DNA of 63,738 nt, counting the filler, from Choristocarpus tenellus KU-1152 (lineage: Eukaryota; Protista; Phaeophyceae): NCBI GenBank assembly GCA_964200185.2. It is 10 parts of 10 records of this genome, joined end to end, with 100 filler letters (N's around TTAATTAATTAA, not from the genome) between each part and the next. Parts side by side here need not be neighbours in the genome. Positions count along the whole stretch, not along the records: positions 11,372 to 15,902 come from CAXNAD020014124.1; positions 16,003 to 37,450 come from CAXNAD020000343.1; 8 more parts are not named here. One strand, written 5' to 3'. Below the pieces are notes generated by a model. The model was not told the DNA's origin. It ran no database searches and saw only the letters and a list, made by a program, of their open reading frames with translations. Below are positions 11,949 to 26,000 of this stretch, one piece after another (position 1 is the first letter of the stretch; each line of letters begins with the position of its first letter). The position numbers and the translations under genes are program-made.

Positions 11949-13637
11949 ATGACGTATGTTAGAGTTCAAGCAATCAGTGTTCTTTTACTGCGTTGACAGG
12001 ATAAATGTGATGTGCGTGAGAGTTGAACCAATCTGACTTCTTTTACTTCCACTCTCAGGGGGGAAGTGTGCAGAATAAGATGTTTTAGGTTTGAGAGTTC
12101 CAGCAACCCTTCATTGCCTGCACTCTCATGGGGGAGTGTGCAAAATAGGACAATAGTGAGGTGCACCTTATTTTGTGTATGAGAGATGTAACTAATAAGA
12201 TATTACATCCGAATTATGAGTGGGAATATGTATGGGTTTTTATTCTGCATTCAACTACTTTGACATAACCGTTGACTTATGTATGAGGCACAAATAATAA
12301 TAAACATGCAATGAGAAGACACCCCACAAAGATCACTTTTCTGATTTCAACCAAGTAATCACGTTTAGCAATGGGGAACTGTGTGAGGCTTCACACCTTC
12401 TTGTCTTCACTACTGGTAAATAGCATTACCTCCCAAGGTAATTTGCACAGTATACAACACAAACCAGAAAACTACCTACCTGTAACGTGATGAAAATGGT
12501 TCATGAAGAGGATCCTCATCAGGGGAACATTGTCTGGAATTAAAGTTAGACTCAGTATGTGTGTTGGGAAAACTTAATTCAAAACTTGACGATTTAGGGA
12601 AATGGTTTGCCATCACTAAGAAATTAAGGTAGGAAGCCAGTGTCCGGAGGGTAAAGATTACCAGGTGAGTGAAGATAGAGATACTACTTCCAAAAACTAG
12701 CACGTTCAAGTACCAAATGGTCTTTGGTAGTTGCCCATTTTCCTCCGATATTTACAAACTGTAGGAGCACTTAGTGTACGAATCAGAATGGTGCTTTGCA
12801 GACTATGTTACTCGATGCACAACACTTGCAACTCCTCTCTAACGTGCTTTGAGAGTCTGAGCTTTTGTGATGGGGTTAGCTAGAAAATTTTGCTTAGAAA
12901 AAAAGACGTTCTTGCCAAATGAACCCTGACTTGGACCCTGCACACGGGGCTTGTACATACATATTCTACCACGTAGCACTTGCAACTTAATCCTGAGTTG
13001 AACTATACATATGAAGGAAAGTATTAATATCATGTTACCCAAGAATGCCTTGATCAATTAAAGAGTAGCCACACGTGCTCATCACCATTGTTTACGACTT
13101 CACCTCATGTTGCACTCACTCTGCTTTGGCTGTGGTCTATCCAGCAAAATGAACAAACCAAACTCATACCCAACAAAAAAACAGAAATAGTGCCTGTGCA
13201 CTTGTGTATGCCTATGACAAATCTCGAACACAATGCCAATTCGACTTTGCTGTATCACTAAGTACGGTGAACTCATGTCCTAAACCCACAGGACAACAGG
13301 CACAAAATCCCAGAGTCACAAAGAAAGGAGCTATAAAATTTGAGGGAACTGCCTTGCTGCATGCTTAAAGCATAAAGTAATTTTGGAAGTGATCAATGAC
13401 CTGCCCAACATCAGTGCCTGCCTGGAAACTTCTGGCTCATAGCTCATCCAAGTATAGGGTATCTTGCAGTGGTCACCAACTGGGGGAATTTTATCCCTGG
13501 TCATCATCAGCATGTAGTCGGCTCATCAAAACCTTCAAACATAATCCAGGGTGCAGAAGGGGGAAGAAGCTAAAAAGGAGGCTAAGGTGAAGAGAAGCTT
13601 CATATCCTGCTCTCCTAAAAAGATATAATAAGCCCTC

Positions 13638-15574
13638 TCAAATGAGATGGTATCCTTTTTTGCGGAAGTTGACATCTGCTTCCCAGTCTTTGAGCAATAC
13701 CAAGTCCTTGTTGAAGAACCGGTTTGTCTTATACAGGATTTCTGCACCCTTGAGCACAGCTGACGGGCTGGAGCGCGACCTTGGGTTGCTGCGGGTATGT
13801 TTGGTAGCACAATCCCATGTGAAAAGAGAAGGCGTTAGAGGAGGCTAGTCAGGCTCAGGGTTCGTTGTAATATATATCAGGTCAGGATCTCCTGGAATGT
13901 CAATACCTAGAGCAGGATATTGCTCATCCTGATATATGGTCTTGCATTTCTATCAGGTGTGATTAACGACTGGTGTAATATGGAAACATTTGGTGGGTTT
14001 TGAATAAAATTTCTATCAAGACCTCATGAGAAGCTGACCAGCTACCCAATATTTTTCTCCTTTCCGTCCACTCCTGTCCCTTCAGCTTGTACAGAGAGCT
14101 TCGCACCAAGGATTGGATTAAGATTACTCTGATGTAAGTGACACTCCAGGGTACTTTGGAAGACTCTTCACCTCAATGAGGCAACTATTCTGACAGGGCG
14201 CTCATACAGACCAAATTCACAAGTATACTGTCGCAAGTGTCTTCCACAAGCTGTTCGTCCATTTAGCAGCATATGCACTTTATCATTGTGGGGCTTATAT
14301 ATTGCATAAAAGTGCCTATATTCTCGTAAGTGGGTGGCAAAGTATATCTTCCTTCTTTTTTGTCACTCTTGGCCCCTACCTATGGTTCAGCACATCGACA
14401 CCCAGTGTCCGGACCTGAACCGCTGCTCTGAGATGATGGGGGACTTTTCTCTCAACCTCGTGCTGCATGCGCTGCACCAAACCAGCCATACCTGTTGATC
14501 CCCCCACCAGCACCACGTCTTTTAGTAGGTCAAACCTAATGTCTGGGGGTAGACAAACAACTGCGTCCGCCACCACAGTAGCTATGCTGGGTAGGTCCTT
14601 TGTCTCGGCCCATAGATCCGGCTGAAAGTCCCAGATGGAGGAGGGGTTGGGCATGCAGTGCTTTGTCGTGTGATGAGTCTGCATCGACCCCAACTTGGTC
14701 TAAGTTCTGGTTCTGTTCGATGTTAAGAAAGCACAACCAACCACATGAAGCTAGAAAGCTCTTTCCAAAACCCTTTGAACCATCTTTGAAATTCAAATAT
14801 GGCCTATTATTTAACATATCAACAATGGTGTGAGAAAGGGGGCGCATGCTGAGAGAAGAAACGCCACGAACACATGGCGAGGATAAGTATGTGATTTTGG
14901 TATATTAACATGAACTGGGCAATCAAAGAACATTCATTTTGATAAACACTAGCAGAATCCCTTGCTACTTGAAATTTATCCTTATATTTTGTCTCCAAGG
15001 CCCGTGAGAAATGGTTAATTCTTGCAGCAAGATGAAACTGTTTTGTTTTTGTGCATATATATGCTTGCCATTGCATACGCTTCCGTATTCAATGCATGAA
15101 AGTTGGTTGAGTGTAGAAACTGACCACTATTGTAGATATGCAGTCTCTCTATGTGGATTGCTTATCGAGCTCAACAATGACCTCCCCATTATCTCAAAAG
15201 TGTTGGAAATTACACACGAAGATATGCACAATCTGGCAACCTAATAGAACTCTCCACCAGGGTCCACACCAAAATATCACATTAGCATTGAAGGTCTAAG
15301 GTATCACATATCTGCCACTATGAAGCAGATCCTGCCACTGCGAAGCAAGACTGAAGAGGTAATGCAAAACAGTAACAAGCAGAAGGTCTTGATTGATCTC
15401 CGGTACAGGATGAACAAAGCGCAGCAAATATCCCTCCTTACACAACTACACACCTGGAAAAGGAGCTCTGCAGTGTGAAACCTCTCACAGCCAAGTTTGA
15501 TATTCATCTCATTCCCAGCCTTGGTAGTGAATGAGGCTGTCACAAAGTTGTCGGAATCTCCCTCACCATAACCC
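13638..15574 (-). CDS. Divergent actin-related (actin-fold) protein, last three exons
   Basis: Phase-compatible exons: 15574-15454 (GNEMNIKLGCERFHTAELLFQ, cf. actin IGNERFRCPEALFQ), 14678-14380 (PDIRFDLLKDVVLVGGSTGMAGLVQRMQHEV, cf. VDIRKDLYANTVLSGGTT..G...R.QKE), 13788-13638 (SAVLKGAEIL...DWEAD...HLI*, cf. SVWIGGSIL). Confidence 0.85.
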
Positions 15575-15736
15575 CTGAGGTTCGGGTTAGGATATCAGGA
15601 GGAGAGGCTTAGGGAATGATGAAGAGGAGGATGAGTTACTGATACTAGAATTGGATTTGTGTTATCACCACAATGGAGGCCCTTGTAAAGAGGGGAAAAA
15701 CGAGATGTTATGGAGAGACAGGAAGTTATTGATGGA

Positions 15737-15902
15737 GAGCCAAAGTATCTTAGAGGGTAGAGCCTCGTCCATTTGGGGGCCACAATGCAATGTTTCCATT
15801 TTGATGTAATTTTGACTATCGTGTTTGTTAGGAAGTGTCAACATCCTTGTTCTGGACACACCTTTCATAACATACACATTTTACCAACTCCGAAATATTT
15901 GG
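15737..15902. mobile_element. MITE family B, truncated by contig end
   Basis: Starts GAGCCAAAGTATCTTAGAGGGTAG; internal match to 441-700. Confidence 0.85.
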
Positions 15903-16002
15903 NNNNNNNNNNNNNNNNNNNNNNNNNNNNNNNNNNNNNNNNNNNNTTAATTAATTAANNNNNNNNNNNNNNNNNNNNNNNNNNNNNNNNNNNNNNNNNN
16001 NN
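15903..16002. other. Artificial contig linker
   Basis: 44 N + TTAATTAATTAA + 44 N. Confidence 0.98.
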
Positions 16003-16091
16003 TCTATAGTGTAAATGCACTTTTCCTGATCTTGGCCCAAATGGACACCCTGGTATAGACCCCCATCCCCCCCCCCCAGATACTTTAGGTC
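16003..16091. mobile_element. MITE family A half copy at contig start
   Basis: GTAAATGCACTTTTCC...AATGGACACCCTGG...CCCCAGATACTTTAGGTC. Confidence 0.85.
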
Positions 16092-17001
16092 CTCTAAAAC
16101 TAATCCTTTTCAAGTTGATGGAGAACGAACCATGGTGTGCCTAGGGAGTGAGATGAATTGTCAAATAACTTGCATTCATAATACAGATAATACCATACAT
16201 CCCTTATAAGAATAGATATCTCCTAGTGTATGGATTAAGCTGGTTTGATAGGAATGGAGGTGATGATTGGGTTGAACAAATATGTGTATTAGTAGGAAAA
16301 ATGTCCAGACGATCTCTTTGGCAGGTTGTTATGGATTTGAGAAGAGTTGTTTGTTGTGTAAGGAGACTAGCTAGCCTTACATGGCAAGAAATATTGCACT
16401 CTTATGCCATCCTACGGGCAAGAGATTTATACATGTGCATTTGTGCGGATCTAATCCATTTTAGGATGGTTGTTGCGGAAGACATGATATTATTGAGGAA
16501 GGTCGACCAGTGTGGAGAATCATTATAGTGTACAACCTGCTGGGTTACTGATACCTTGGAGCTCCACAAATGACTATTTTAACCTCTGGTGCCAAGACAC
16601 AACCTTGACTACCATGTACTCAACACTAGATTTATCTCTGTGTCACCGTCAAGGAGAGGGACAAGGGGTTGAGCTTAATTCTTACTCTGGAGTAGTTGGG
16701 CTACAAAGGCTGCCATAACATTGACAAGACCAGCTCTGTCTAAGGGTTGATTGGTTGGATAAGTAAGTGATTCAGTTCGAGCTTTGAAACTGAATGAAGG
16801 CAATGACATCAACTCTTCATTAACCCCTCTCATCTCCTGTCACCATTTGTCATTCAAAGCTGGGCTTGATCTTCTCGCTTTGGTCGTTGCACCCTTCTCC
16901 ATGCCTGACCCTGATACTACCTAAGATGAAGCAACCACAAGTTATAATTCTGTTGCTCTGACCCCCTTGCTCATACCTAATCTCCTGGGTGCAACAATCA
17001 G

Positions 17002-20000
17002 GCGTGAGTCACCGGCACCATGCAGGTGATGCAGTGTTTGTGCTTCACCTGCAAGTGAATGAAGAGGCATTTGACGAGATCGATCAGGTATGTATACAAG
17101 GAGATTTGCAGCACTTCTCTGCATGCATTAAATATTGAGAACACCTCCAGAGTCATGACTGCTGTCAGATCCAGGGCACTACTCTGGTTTAACTAACTGC
17201 AATTGCTGAACAGTTTGTGAATGAGTTTGGATATGGAGTCCGAAAAGTTTGTCAAAGAATTTCACAATCAGTAGATCAGAATCGAATTTACTAGTTTGTT
17301 CCTACTGAGTATGTGGTGAATCTGCAAGATGTTCTGGTACACTTTGAAGCAGACAAGATATAACACACGATGTGATGCCCCTGCGAAGGTCCCTGTCAGG
17401 TTTCCCTGATCTTGGGGAGTGCAGCTACATCTTTTTGCCGTAATCCCATTTGCGAACACAAGAGTGCACTTTGTAGGGTGTGTGTGGGGTATCCAGCAAC
17501 AGTACTCTTCTCCTGCTAGTGTGACTACTATTGTTACAATCTTTGCACTTTAGAGTTCTACCTTCAGTGACAGAAATGTGCTGTATCTGATTTCTCATTA
17601 CTTACCTAATGCCTAGGCATTTTTTTTAGAATATATGTATAGTATGAGGTAACCTGACTTGCCGTTTCTTCATCTCCACCTTTTCACCCAATTCTTGACC
17701 TTGTGTATTTGGAATACACCATTCAGGGCAGGGACGAGGAGCTAGCAGAGTCCATCTCACGGACACCAGACATGGTGATGTCAGTGGAACCAACCCTTGA
17801 GGAGCTACAAGTGCGTGGTAAATCCAGACAATTGTTTCAACATGTGGTTTAAATTGTGACTCCCTCAACAGTTTATTATACTTGAATCGATAGTAAGGCT
17901 GCCATACTGTACTATATTTACGATGTTGTTGACTATTTTCACCCCAAAGAATATGGGTACGAAAACGCCAAGGAGGTTCATTCATATCATTTGAATATAT
18001 GAATCAGTCCAACACAGCCTTTCCAAGTAATTTTGTCAACTCCGAGGGTTAGGTAGAGTTTTGGCTCAAAATATATGGGGGGGGGGTGGCGGCTGTCCAT
18101 TCGGGGCCCATTTTTTTTATGACGCGATTTTTGGATGATTTGGTTGCATGCATTGAATGGATACTGTAATTGCACTTTTCCTGGTCAGGGCCCGAATGGA
18201 CACCCTGGTATAGACCCCCCCCCCCCCCCCCAGTTACTTTGAGCCTTTCCCCGGCCCCATATTTGGGAAGTGAGCGTTAAGGTCATTAATTCTCGAACAC
18301 ATTCTCAAGTTCGTACATTTTGCTCTTCATCTTCAAGTGGGGGAGAGGAGACAACAATGTGTTGGTCAAGGCTAGGCTGCTGTCTGCATAGACCGGACTT
18401 CCCTGACTGTCCCCACCACTCTTTGGTGGTCGTTATATTTACACCACTGAATCACAGGCAAATGCCTGTGCTTGCATAGATCAAATGGTGGCTGCTAGCC
18501 AACGCTTCCCTCGAGTTGACTCCAGCATCAATCCGGCTCCTCCCCAGCCCAGCACTAAGGTGGGTCGGAGCTTCTTTTTCCCAGTAGTTCTTGTCTTGTT
18601 TTTGAGACACATATGTATCAACCTTGCTTCAATTTCGCGATAGGAAGATTGGAATTAGTTTGAAAAAAAACTTAGTAATGCAAAGGACACTCACTCAACT
18701 ATTTTCTATATTGGCAAAGTGGGAATCAAGGGGTTCAGTGCTAAATTGGTCACAAAAACGGAGTAAGAAGATCCACAGCATTCTGTCAGATGAAAGTGGG
18801 CTAGGAAGGATGTTGCCAGAATTGTTTGAGGGACGCTCTAACTCACAACAAGGCGATAGATAGCGTCAAGGCTTTGAATAAATATGTTGTTCAATTGCCA
18901 TGGTCGTTCATGTCTAGTTTCGAGAGAGGTAAGGAGATAGTACAATGAGGGGAGCTCATCATACGTAATAGCTTTTGTTTAACTTGATCAGTCAGTAAAA
19001 TCAATAGTGCAGCAAGAAGTGTAGATCAAAGTTTTGGAAGAATTACCTCTTGGGGTCAACCTTGTCCCTCCATCTCCTCAGATGCTGGGGCCATGCACGG
19101 TGCAGCTATCGGATGAGGTCGTCCTGGAGGCCAAAGAGAAAGTGCGAACTGCCATCGCATTTCACATGGTCGACCCCATGAAACTCGTTCAGGAATTTGA
19201 AAGGTTCCATGGGTTGATGAATGGGGAAGAAGAGGCACGGGTAAGAAATAAAAAATTCTGGAGTATGCCCGGTCCTTTGGATAATGAATTATGCTTGGAC
19301 ATCCTCAAGAGCACCACTTTTCCACCTGTTGTACTGGGCATCATACTACTGTAGCTATCTGGGTATTGTGACCTGGAGTGCATCGGTGACTCATTTTGCA
19401 GAGCTGCACCTCGGTTCTACCATCATCTGCCCTCATCTCCAGTGTGGCGTTCACCTACTCATCCTGCCCCTTGCCTTGAATCAATGTATCACAGTCCAGA
19501 TGCATGACCCGTAAATTGTTCAAATGCCACTATACAATTCAACTCCAAGGTTTCCAACAAAAAGAAAAGAATCTTCCAACAAACTTGGCCTTAGCGATCC
19601 TCTAGTCAAACATATTCACACGAGGGCGATTTCTATTCCATTTGACTCACCCAACCTGCTTGGTCCCACTACAGATTAGGAAGGCTCTTGAGGACAACAG
19701 ACAGGCAGAAAATACTACTGAGGGGCTGGAGATACTGAGGGAGGTGGCAGTAGACCTGCGTTCAAGGGCAGTGGAAATAAGGGGGGCGGTAAGTGACATT
19801 TTTTTACCCTCCCATTTCTGGTTTGCTTCTGCCCTGCAGTTCTGGACCACTTGTACCTCATTAGGTACAGAGTGTGTGCAAAATGGGGAGGGAAGTTTCT
19901 ATCCATGGTCATGAGGTAAGAGTTGGGATTGATCTGGACAAAGTAAACTATACATATACGAGTAAAAACCCTCAAGCTATGTGCTGTAGGGAAAATGGTC

Positions 20001-23000
20001 AACTGATTGTGATACATTAATCACTTGAGTATGGATGATATAAATAACAGATAGACTCATGACAAGTTTTGAAACGTTGGGATTGCACGTCATGAGTCAA
20101 CTCACCTTAGTCGTACATATCACATTCTCAGCAAGCATGCACTTCTAGTTTTCCTGATATACTTCCTTTTAGGTATAACTCCATATTTACTGGGAATTAT
20201 CCCCCTTCTAGGACCAGCTCGGCGGCTTCCCATCTCCAAACCCAAATTCAACTTGAAAACAAGTTAGACTCTTTTTGCACTCCAAGAGTGTAGTAGGTCC
20301 TATAATCTGAGGCTACTGTTACAACTCTATTGTACTATGGCATGACTTTATGCAGGTAACACAACACACATATATCTATACAAATTTCTCATGTTGAAGT
20401 GATCACGTCAGCTTGTCTCAGCGTGTGTGGGGGTTGCTGTTCCTATTGAAAGATGATCTAAATATATATAAACATAATGTTGAGGCATGCTCACTCACCA
20501 ATACCTTGAGGTGCACACTTCACTCAAAACAAATATCTGGAATCTGCTAAGGTGGAGGACTTGAACAACTACCCAATGTTCTCTGTCAAATGCTTGGAGG
20601 CAAAGGAGGCCTTGGCCAAGAAGGCCGACTCCCTCCATACTCATGTAAGTCACAACAAAGAACTCTTGCCTTGCCTGTGTATTTGCTGTTCCTTCCGCCT
20701 CTTTGAATTCAAGCTGTACAATGGAAGGATTCCATATGTATATTCCAGTGAGCCAGTCAAAGCTTTACTATCTCATCCCTTGGGTGAACATAACCTGGCA
20801 CAGATTAATGTATGGGGGATATTTGTCATGTAGGTGGAAGAATGGGGTAAATAAGATCAATATCATTTGATGCAAAAGAGAAATTACCTGTTGAACCACT
20901 GCTCACTGCATGTGTCAGTGCTACAAAGAATTGGCTGTGAAGAAAACATGTATCAAGCTCTAGGGGGTTGAACTCGTTCTAGATCGTTTGGTCTATGGTT
21001 GGAGGGTGTGTGATCCTTTCAGAGGTGTACAAATTCATTTTAATGAGTAAAGAGATAACAGTATCAAATATATCCCATTACGTCCCTTCCTGGGTTCCTT
21101 GCCAGTTCATTGTCCATTGCCTAATCTCCTCCTTTAAGGTGATGGAAGAGATAGCTGCTGAGAATAGAAAGTGCATGGCTGCCATGGGGGTTGAGTACCA
21201 GGAGATGGTCAATCGCCTGGTGACGGTGAGGTGTCAGATTCATGAGTTGTTCACAATCAGGAATATTCTTCTTTTTCCCTCCCCCCACTGCTTGAGGGAC
21301 TTGCTACTCTATGGCCTTATAATTGTACATTCGGGGAAAATAATGGAATATAGTAATTTTTTTCTTGTTTTTTTGACAAGGTCCTGCCAAACATAATCCC
21401 GGTTTGGTACACAATGAAATATACCATGGACGAACAACCTTGCAATGGAAGAGTAAGTTATGAGTGTTTGGAAACCTATCCTGTTCCTACAAATGACCGC
21501 AGTGGGTGGGTGGGTCATCACTGAGTCTGGAATCCGTGAACTGAATTGTATACGAAAAAAATACGGTACAGGTAGAGCACTCTATGATCACATTGAGGAA
21601 TATAACTGAATTTAAAAGAGCGGTAAAACCTGTTTTATTTTTGGTAAGTGAGGCTGTTGGTCTAGACATGTGTGATCTGTACTTACATGAGGGGCAGTGT
21701 AGTGTAAATCCCGTTTTTTATTATGAAACCTTTGATTTGATTTTTGAACGTGAGTCGCAGTAAGTGGGAGGTACCCGGTGTGGCACTTTAAGGATGCTGG
21801 CAAATATGTAATTTTTTTTTGTCATTTTTCACAGTTGCGTATAGGATATTTTATATTTATTTTTTGTGAATTGTGTCGAAAATTTTCAAACAATAGAGAA
21901 ACCAACCCTCTCAAGTTCAACTTAGCACTTCATCCATAGAAATATGGGTGATCTCCAAGAGATTGAAAAACAGACTTCAATTTCAAAACGGTCAAAACCT
22001 GGATACCTCTCGTTTACTTTGGCTCTGTACCAATCCTGTACGTGCATCTGTTTGGGGCTGTACCAATCCCCTTTCAAACACACTAGCAGCTACAACCACA
22101 AAGCCTTAACAATACAGTGATATTAGTCCACTCTGATTTCCAAAATAATCAATGCCATTGGCAAAGAGAGTTCTTCTCGAAGCCTAACAGCATAAAACAA
22201 GAGGTTGATAAGATCAGGTGGCGAATCATTGTTACTAGTAATTTACGTATTGATGGTTGAAGGGGCGATCTTAACCTTTTCGCTTGACAAAACCACTGTA
22301 CAGGAACCTGCTGACTCGGCTGAGCTTAAGAGTCTACAGGACTACACTCAGTGTGCCATGGAGAGGTTGGTAGACTTGCACGATGCGTACACTGGCCAGG
22401 CAAGGAGGGGTACGTGATAGTTCACACCCTATGTGTTGCAAGATTAATTGTGCTCTGGAGGAACTGGCTTGGATTACGTAAGAGTACTACAGAAGAAGGG
22501 TCAAAAGACCTGCTGCTATTGTGTTGGGCTGTCAAGCGAGGATATTTTAAATTTTGGAATGTAAAACCGTAGAGATGTGTCTACTGACTACAACCGAGAC
22601 ACGTTCACAATGCACCCTTCCTATTCTATCATGTTCTATCCTATTCTATCCTGTTCTATCCTATTCTATCCTGTTCTATCCTATTCTATCCTATTCTATC
22701 CTATTCTATCCTGTTCTATCTTATACCCCCTGCACTACTGGATGAAGGTCTATGCAAGGGTGAGCTTCCTCTTGAATCAAGGCTTCAAGGTGTCTCGGGA
22801 TGATCTTCAGCTGTTCCACACAGCATACAATTGGCCACACAACATGAAGACCTACCTAGCACGGTCTGCTGAGCTACAGAGGTCTCGCAAGGCTGACTTG
22901 CAGATGGTTGTGGAGGGACAGCAGGAGCAGTTGCTCAGGGAGGTCAGAACTGTCGGTTTGGGGACAGGCACTGGACGGTTTGAAAGGGTTACACTTGTTG

Positions 23001-26000
23001 CTGACATGCCAAGAGTTGTAGGTCCAGGCAATTGAAATGAAGGGTCAGGTGGTTAGGATGCGTAGCTCTCAAATCTGCTGAATCTTGATCAAAAGGATTT
23101 TTAATTTACATCAACTCTGGCATTTGAGTCTAGGAAGCAACCGTACCCTTGAATGCATGCAGCTGTGTTGATTGGTCCCTTCAAAAATATCAAATCATGG
23201 CAAGAAATTGTGTGTCATCCTTTTTTGTATGGTGTCCAGCACTTCTTGCAAATACTGCAAAATAAAAAGTTGACAGACATCGTTACTTCCCTCCTCGTTT
23301 CACTATTGTCACACTCTCTGCTCACTGCAGATTTCGTCACTGAATAGAAAGATAGACAAGCTAGCTGAGTCTGGCTCTTTGGTAGCCGGAGATGTGCACA
23401 ATTGTGTCCGCCGTGTCCTTGCTATTCAAGAATCCTTGGAAAGGTAAATGCAATAGAGGGACTGGCCATTTGAGGAGTGACATACCAATGATGTTGATAA
23501 TGATGGCAACTAGAACTTTAGATAACTACGGTATCAGTGCTGTGTAGACGCAAGGATTGTAATTCCCCAAACACCTACAAGAATACCAGATTGGTGTGCT
23601 ACATGCAAGCCTTGCTTGATCCAATGTCACGGCAATATTGGCGCCGCTTGAGTACTAGAGCCGACGTTGAACACCATGGCATGTTGGCCCTCTCCCCCTT
23701 AAAATGAATAAAGTTTTCAGTATCAATAGTATGCTTGCAGCATATGAAGTGGATGTATTGTGCTGTGGTTTAGAATTTTTTCATCTCCTCCATTGTGTGG
23801 CATGTGATGCATCCTATGGTGCTTTTCTTCTTGACCAAATCTCAGAGCTGAAGCTGAAGCTGAGAATATTCTGGAGCAGGAAACTCTTCTTGGCATGCCT
23901 CTGACAGATAACATCACCCCAATAGGGGATATCCGAGAATCTCTTGAGCCCATGGCCAAGCTGTGGATAACAGCTAAGCAATACCTGGACAGTTATCACA
24001 CATGGCTTGAATCTCCTCTAAGGACGCTTGATGCTGAAGCTGCAGAGAGGAAGGTGGGCATTTCACCCAGCCTCAACAGGTCGAAATTGTATGTTCACAT
24101 CCTATTGCCATTTTACTCAGAGCCAAAGTAAACGAGAGGTACCCAAGTCCTGGCCGTTTTACATTTTAGTTCAGTTTTGAATATGTTTACGAAATCATCC
24201 ACGTTTCTCCGGATGAAAAGCTAAATTTGAAATGAGAGTGTTGATTTATCTTTTTCTTGAGAATTTTAAACAGAATCAGAAAATATCCTACATGTTTTGA
24301 AAATAAGGTCAAGTTTTAGCACATACTTGTTAGGATCCTTAACATGCAACTCCGGGTACAGCTCGTTATCACCTTCTAGCTGATCCCTCAAGTATGATTT
24401 GAATACCTTGCTCTTTCCTCTTGGACAGGCGGATGACTTGATGCGGACTGTTATGCGATCTGATAAAGAACTCGTGAAAGCAGGACCAGAACGAGCCATG
24501 GCTCACTCTGTAGCCACTGCACTTCAGCGGGAGATAAAGGACTTCATTGACGAGCAGGCTCCTCTTATGCTGCTAATGTCTTCACCTGGTATCAAGAGCG
24601 TGAGTCTTTTCTTGCAATCATTTCAAGACTTTGTTTGCTTCTACAGGTACATGTCTTGTAGCATCCATTGTAGAATTGACTTGAGTGTCGAAACTCATAC
24701 CTTCTACAGGTGTTATGCTCATGGTTTCGCGTATATCTATAAATATATACATATTCATCCTCGTTTCCCAGTCCTTCCATTCTCAACCTCTATACCACTA
24801 TCTCTTTTTCCTAGGACTTCTAGATCTGACTTCTCTCAATTCATCACTGACTTGTATCCTTAATATCAACTCGCTGCCTCACTGATTGTTTGTTTTCCTT
24901 CTGTAGTCACTTGCCCACCGTCATGCCTCCATTCATATCTCCCTGCTGCTGGTCCTAGAACCAACTCATCAATTTCCTCAGAGGCCTGTCACCCCCAAGC
25001 ATTGAACTACCACCTCATCTCCAAATTTTTTATGGTGCCCTTTTCCTAACAGCGACATTGGGATGAGATTGTAAAGGCCACCTCCATTGGACTCCCCTAT
25101 GTGCAAGATTTTTCTCTCCGAGACCTTCTTGACGCGGACCTACAGAGCTATTGTGCTGAAATAGAAGAGGTAAAAAACAGGATTGGAATGTCAGCACCAA
25201 CATTTAGATTCGACACCTAGAGTACTCCAGAGTAGAATCTACTTACAATGAATTATTTATGCGTTCATGGGTCCCCTCTCCCTGTTCATCTCCGTCTGGA
25301 ACCTGTTTCTATTTCTAGTATCAAGAAAGGGTTCAAGATTTTGTACTGTTCCTCTTCCTTTCCAGAGTATTCAACTTGTTCAGATATATATGAGACTTGC
25401 TATTTTTTTTTGTTTTCCTAGAATTAGATTGTCTGCACCAAACATGTGAAAGGATTGTAGAGGCTTTATTCCACCCAACCATGGGTGTTGTTGTCCGCAA
25501 AGCTGTCCTGAGACAACATGTGTCTACCAGTATCGAATTCCCTTACATTCCTGAAGGATTTTGTCCTTGTGAGGGGTGTATGGAGTAAAGGCCAGGGGAG
25601 GTTGACATTTGAGTATGTGCAATAGAGTGGTAGTCTGTGATTGCCATCTGGTGATGATGAAAGGGCTAAATTCAGGACAACAACTGTGAAAATGACTAGA
25701 AAACGTGGCTTGTAATCCTTGCTACCGACACTGTATCATGGGTATGAGATGCAAGAAGAAAACACAAAACCGTGTGTGCTCACCCTGCCTCCAGTCAACA
25801 TTCAGACATCCCCGACCACTGACCCCCATTTTCACGGCTCAAATTTAGTGCCTCAACCCTTCTGCCAATCCTGTTGCCTTCTCCTGTTCCATATCCCACT
25901 TATTTCACTCCTCTCTTTTCCTTCCCCACTTGACAGACGTGTGTGGCTGCTTCAAAGGAGTACTCACTGGAGAAGAACATGGACACAATGGAGGCAGAGT

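Noticed and set aside
16226-16528. Possible very old Copia RNase H remnant (DDW...RRS...EDMILLR)
   Set aside because: Similarity is too weak to support by eye.
22554-22747. [10 protein letters not shown] repeat protein ORFs
   Set aside because: Translation of an intronic decamer satellite; only 22748-22942 is exon.
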